A stretch of 63,065 nucleotides of DNA, counting the filler, from Circinaria calcarea (Eukaryota), in assembly GCA_051942165.1 (NCBI GenBank). It is 14 parts of 14 records of this genome, joined end to end, with 100 filler letters (N's around TTAATTAATTAA, not from the genome) between each part and the next. Parts side by side here need not be neighbours in the genome. Positions count along the whole stretch, not along the records: positions 58,677 to 63,065 come from JAVECS010002344.1; 13 more parts are not named here. The stretch is one strand, 5' to 3'. The first letter of the stretch is position 1. Each line of letters opens with the position of its first letter. Of the stretch, positions 61,523 through 63,065 are shown piece after piece. Made by a program: the position numbers and the translations under genes. Below the pieces are notes generated by a model, which saw nothing but the letters and a program-made list of their open reading frames with translations, ran no database searches and was not told the origin of the DNA.

Positions 61523-63065
61523 ATGGCTCGCCGGGATCAGCCTCTGTATCCTCACATGACCAAGCGTGGACCTTTTACAGTGGAGGCATCGGGCTATGAG
61601 CCTGTTGACGGCGAGACCATCCCGAGAAGGCATCCAGCGTCGAAAGACAAGCTTACGACCTCACCTGCAGAGGATGTCAAAACCATCTTTGATATCTTCA
61701 AGCGCAGTGCCGACAAGTTCGGGAATGCCAAAGCCCTGGGGTCGAGACAAATGATCAAAGTACATCAAGAGACAAAGAAGGTCAAGAAGACGGTCGACGG
61801 TCAAACGAAGGAGGTGGATAAGAAGTGGTCCTACTTCGAACTCAGTGGGTACAGCTACATGAGCTTCGTCGAGTATGAAAAGTTGCTACTGCAGATAGGT
61901 GCTGGCCTACGGAAGCTTGGTATGGTCGAGAGTGACAGATTACATTTGTTCGCAGCAACTAGGTACGGCCCGATTCCACTTTAACCCTGTCCCTCGGTAG
62001 CATGAAGATGTTGCTAAGCCTCTGACCAAAGCTCCCAATGGTTGGCCATGTCTCATGGAGCGGTGTCGCAGTCAATGCCAATAGCTACGGCATACGATAC
62101 ATTAGGAGAGGAAGGCTTGAAGCATTCTCTAGTCCAAACACGAGCAAAGGCCGTCTACTGCGACCCACACCTCCTGCCAACTCTTGTCAACCCCATAAAG
62201 GAGGCGAAGGAAATCAAATACGTCGTATACAACAGTGAAGGAGAAGTCAAACAGGAGCATATTGATAAGTTGAAGGGTGATTTTGACTACCTAGAGGTTC
62301 TAAGTTTCGAAGAGCTGCGAAAGCTCGGTGAAAATCACCCAGTAGATCCTGTTCCGCCAAAGCCAGAGGATCTCTGCTGCATCATGTACACATCGGGATC
62401 AACAGGCCCACCCAAGGGTGTGCCTCTTAAACACAAAGCCGTCGTGGCAGCTAGTATGTCTTACCTGTGGTTGGATATTCCATGTATCGATAGATGCTTA
62501 CACATACTAGTTGCCGGTATCAATACCACTGTGGGTCCATACATTGGGCCTGGTGACGCCTTTCTGAACTATCTACCATTGGCTCATATCCTAGAGTTTG
62601 TCCTTGAAAATACTTGCCTTTTCTGGGGTGGGACCATGGGCTACGGTAATCCTAAGACCTTATCCGATACTTCGGTTCGCAACTGCAAAGGCGATATCAG
62701 AGAATTCAGGCCCACGATTCTCGTAGGAGTACCGGCTGTATGGGAATCGGTTCGGAAAGGAATAGTCGCCAAGGTGGAGGCTGGTGGTCCAGTCGTAAAG
62801 ACTATGTTTTGGAGCGCCCTATCCACCAAGGCTTTCCTCATGGCAAAAGGTCTACCCGGCAGCGGGGTTTTGGACGCAATAGTATTCAAGAAGGTCAAAG
62901 ACGCCACTGGCGGACGCCTTAAAGTATGCTTGAATGGCGGTGGCCCCGTTGCTAAAGATACCCAGCGGTTCATCTCATACGCCATAGCGCCCATGCTTTC
63001 AGGCTACGGCTTGACTGAAACGACAGGCATGGGTGCTTTGATGGATCCTATGCATTGGACTGATA
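61523..63065 (+). CDS. FAA1: Long-chain fatty acyl-CoA synthetase, 3' partial, 2 introns
   Basis: GETIPRRHP, KKWSYFEL, TAYDTLG, CIMYTSGSTGPPKGV, YLPLAHILE, VGVPAVWE, GYGLTET. Confidence 0.93.

Overview
Eukaryotic DNA from a filamentous ascomycete (Pezizomycotina-type genes with short GT..AG introns and CTRAY branch points). The window is not one locus. It is 14 unrelated contigs of about 4.4 kb, in non-increasing length order (4433 to 4389 bp), joined by 100-nt N/TTAATTAATTAA/N spacers, so gene neighbourhoods are valid only within a contig. Recognisable housekeeping genes, many cut by contig ends: PRX1, JIP5, INO80, MET3, ISD11, a PCA1-type P1B-ATPase, PHO80/PREG, a VTC-family gene, SGF11, NAT5-like GNAT, propionyl-CoA synthetase, a RING-PH-vWA (Far1/Ste5-like) protein, HOM6, SIS1, RKM5 and FAA1. 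The most interesting content is: a head-to-head type III PKS plus fatty-acid-hydroxylase-type P450 pair; an intronless UbiA-type terpene cyclase; a cryptic tandem-duplicated coding sequence that the ORF track misses (57.2-58.6 kb); and several decaying genes (BTB, ASCH/PUA, P450, PTH11-like, maleylacetate reductase, a large conserved hypothetical). All family calls come from motif recognition only; no database searches were run.
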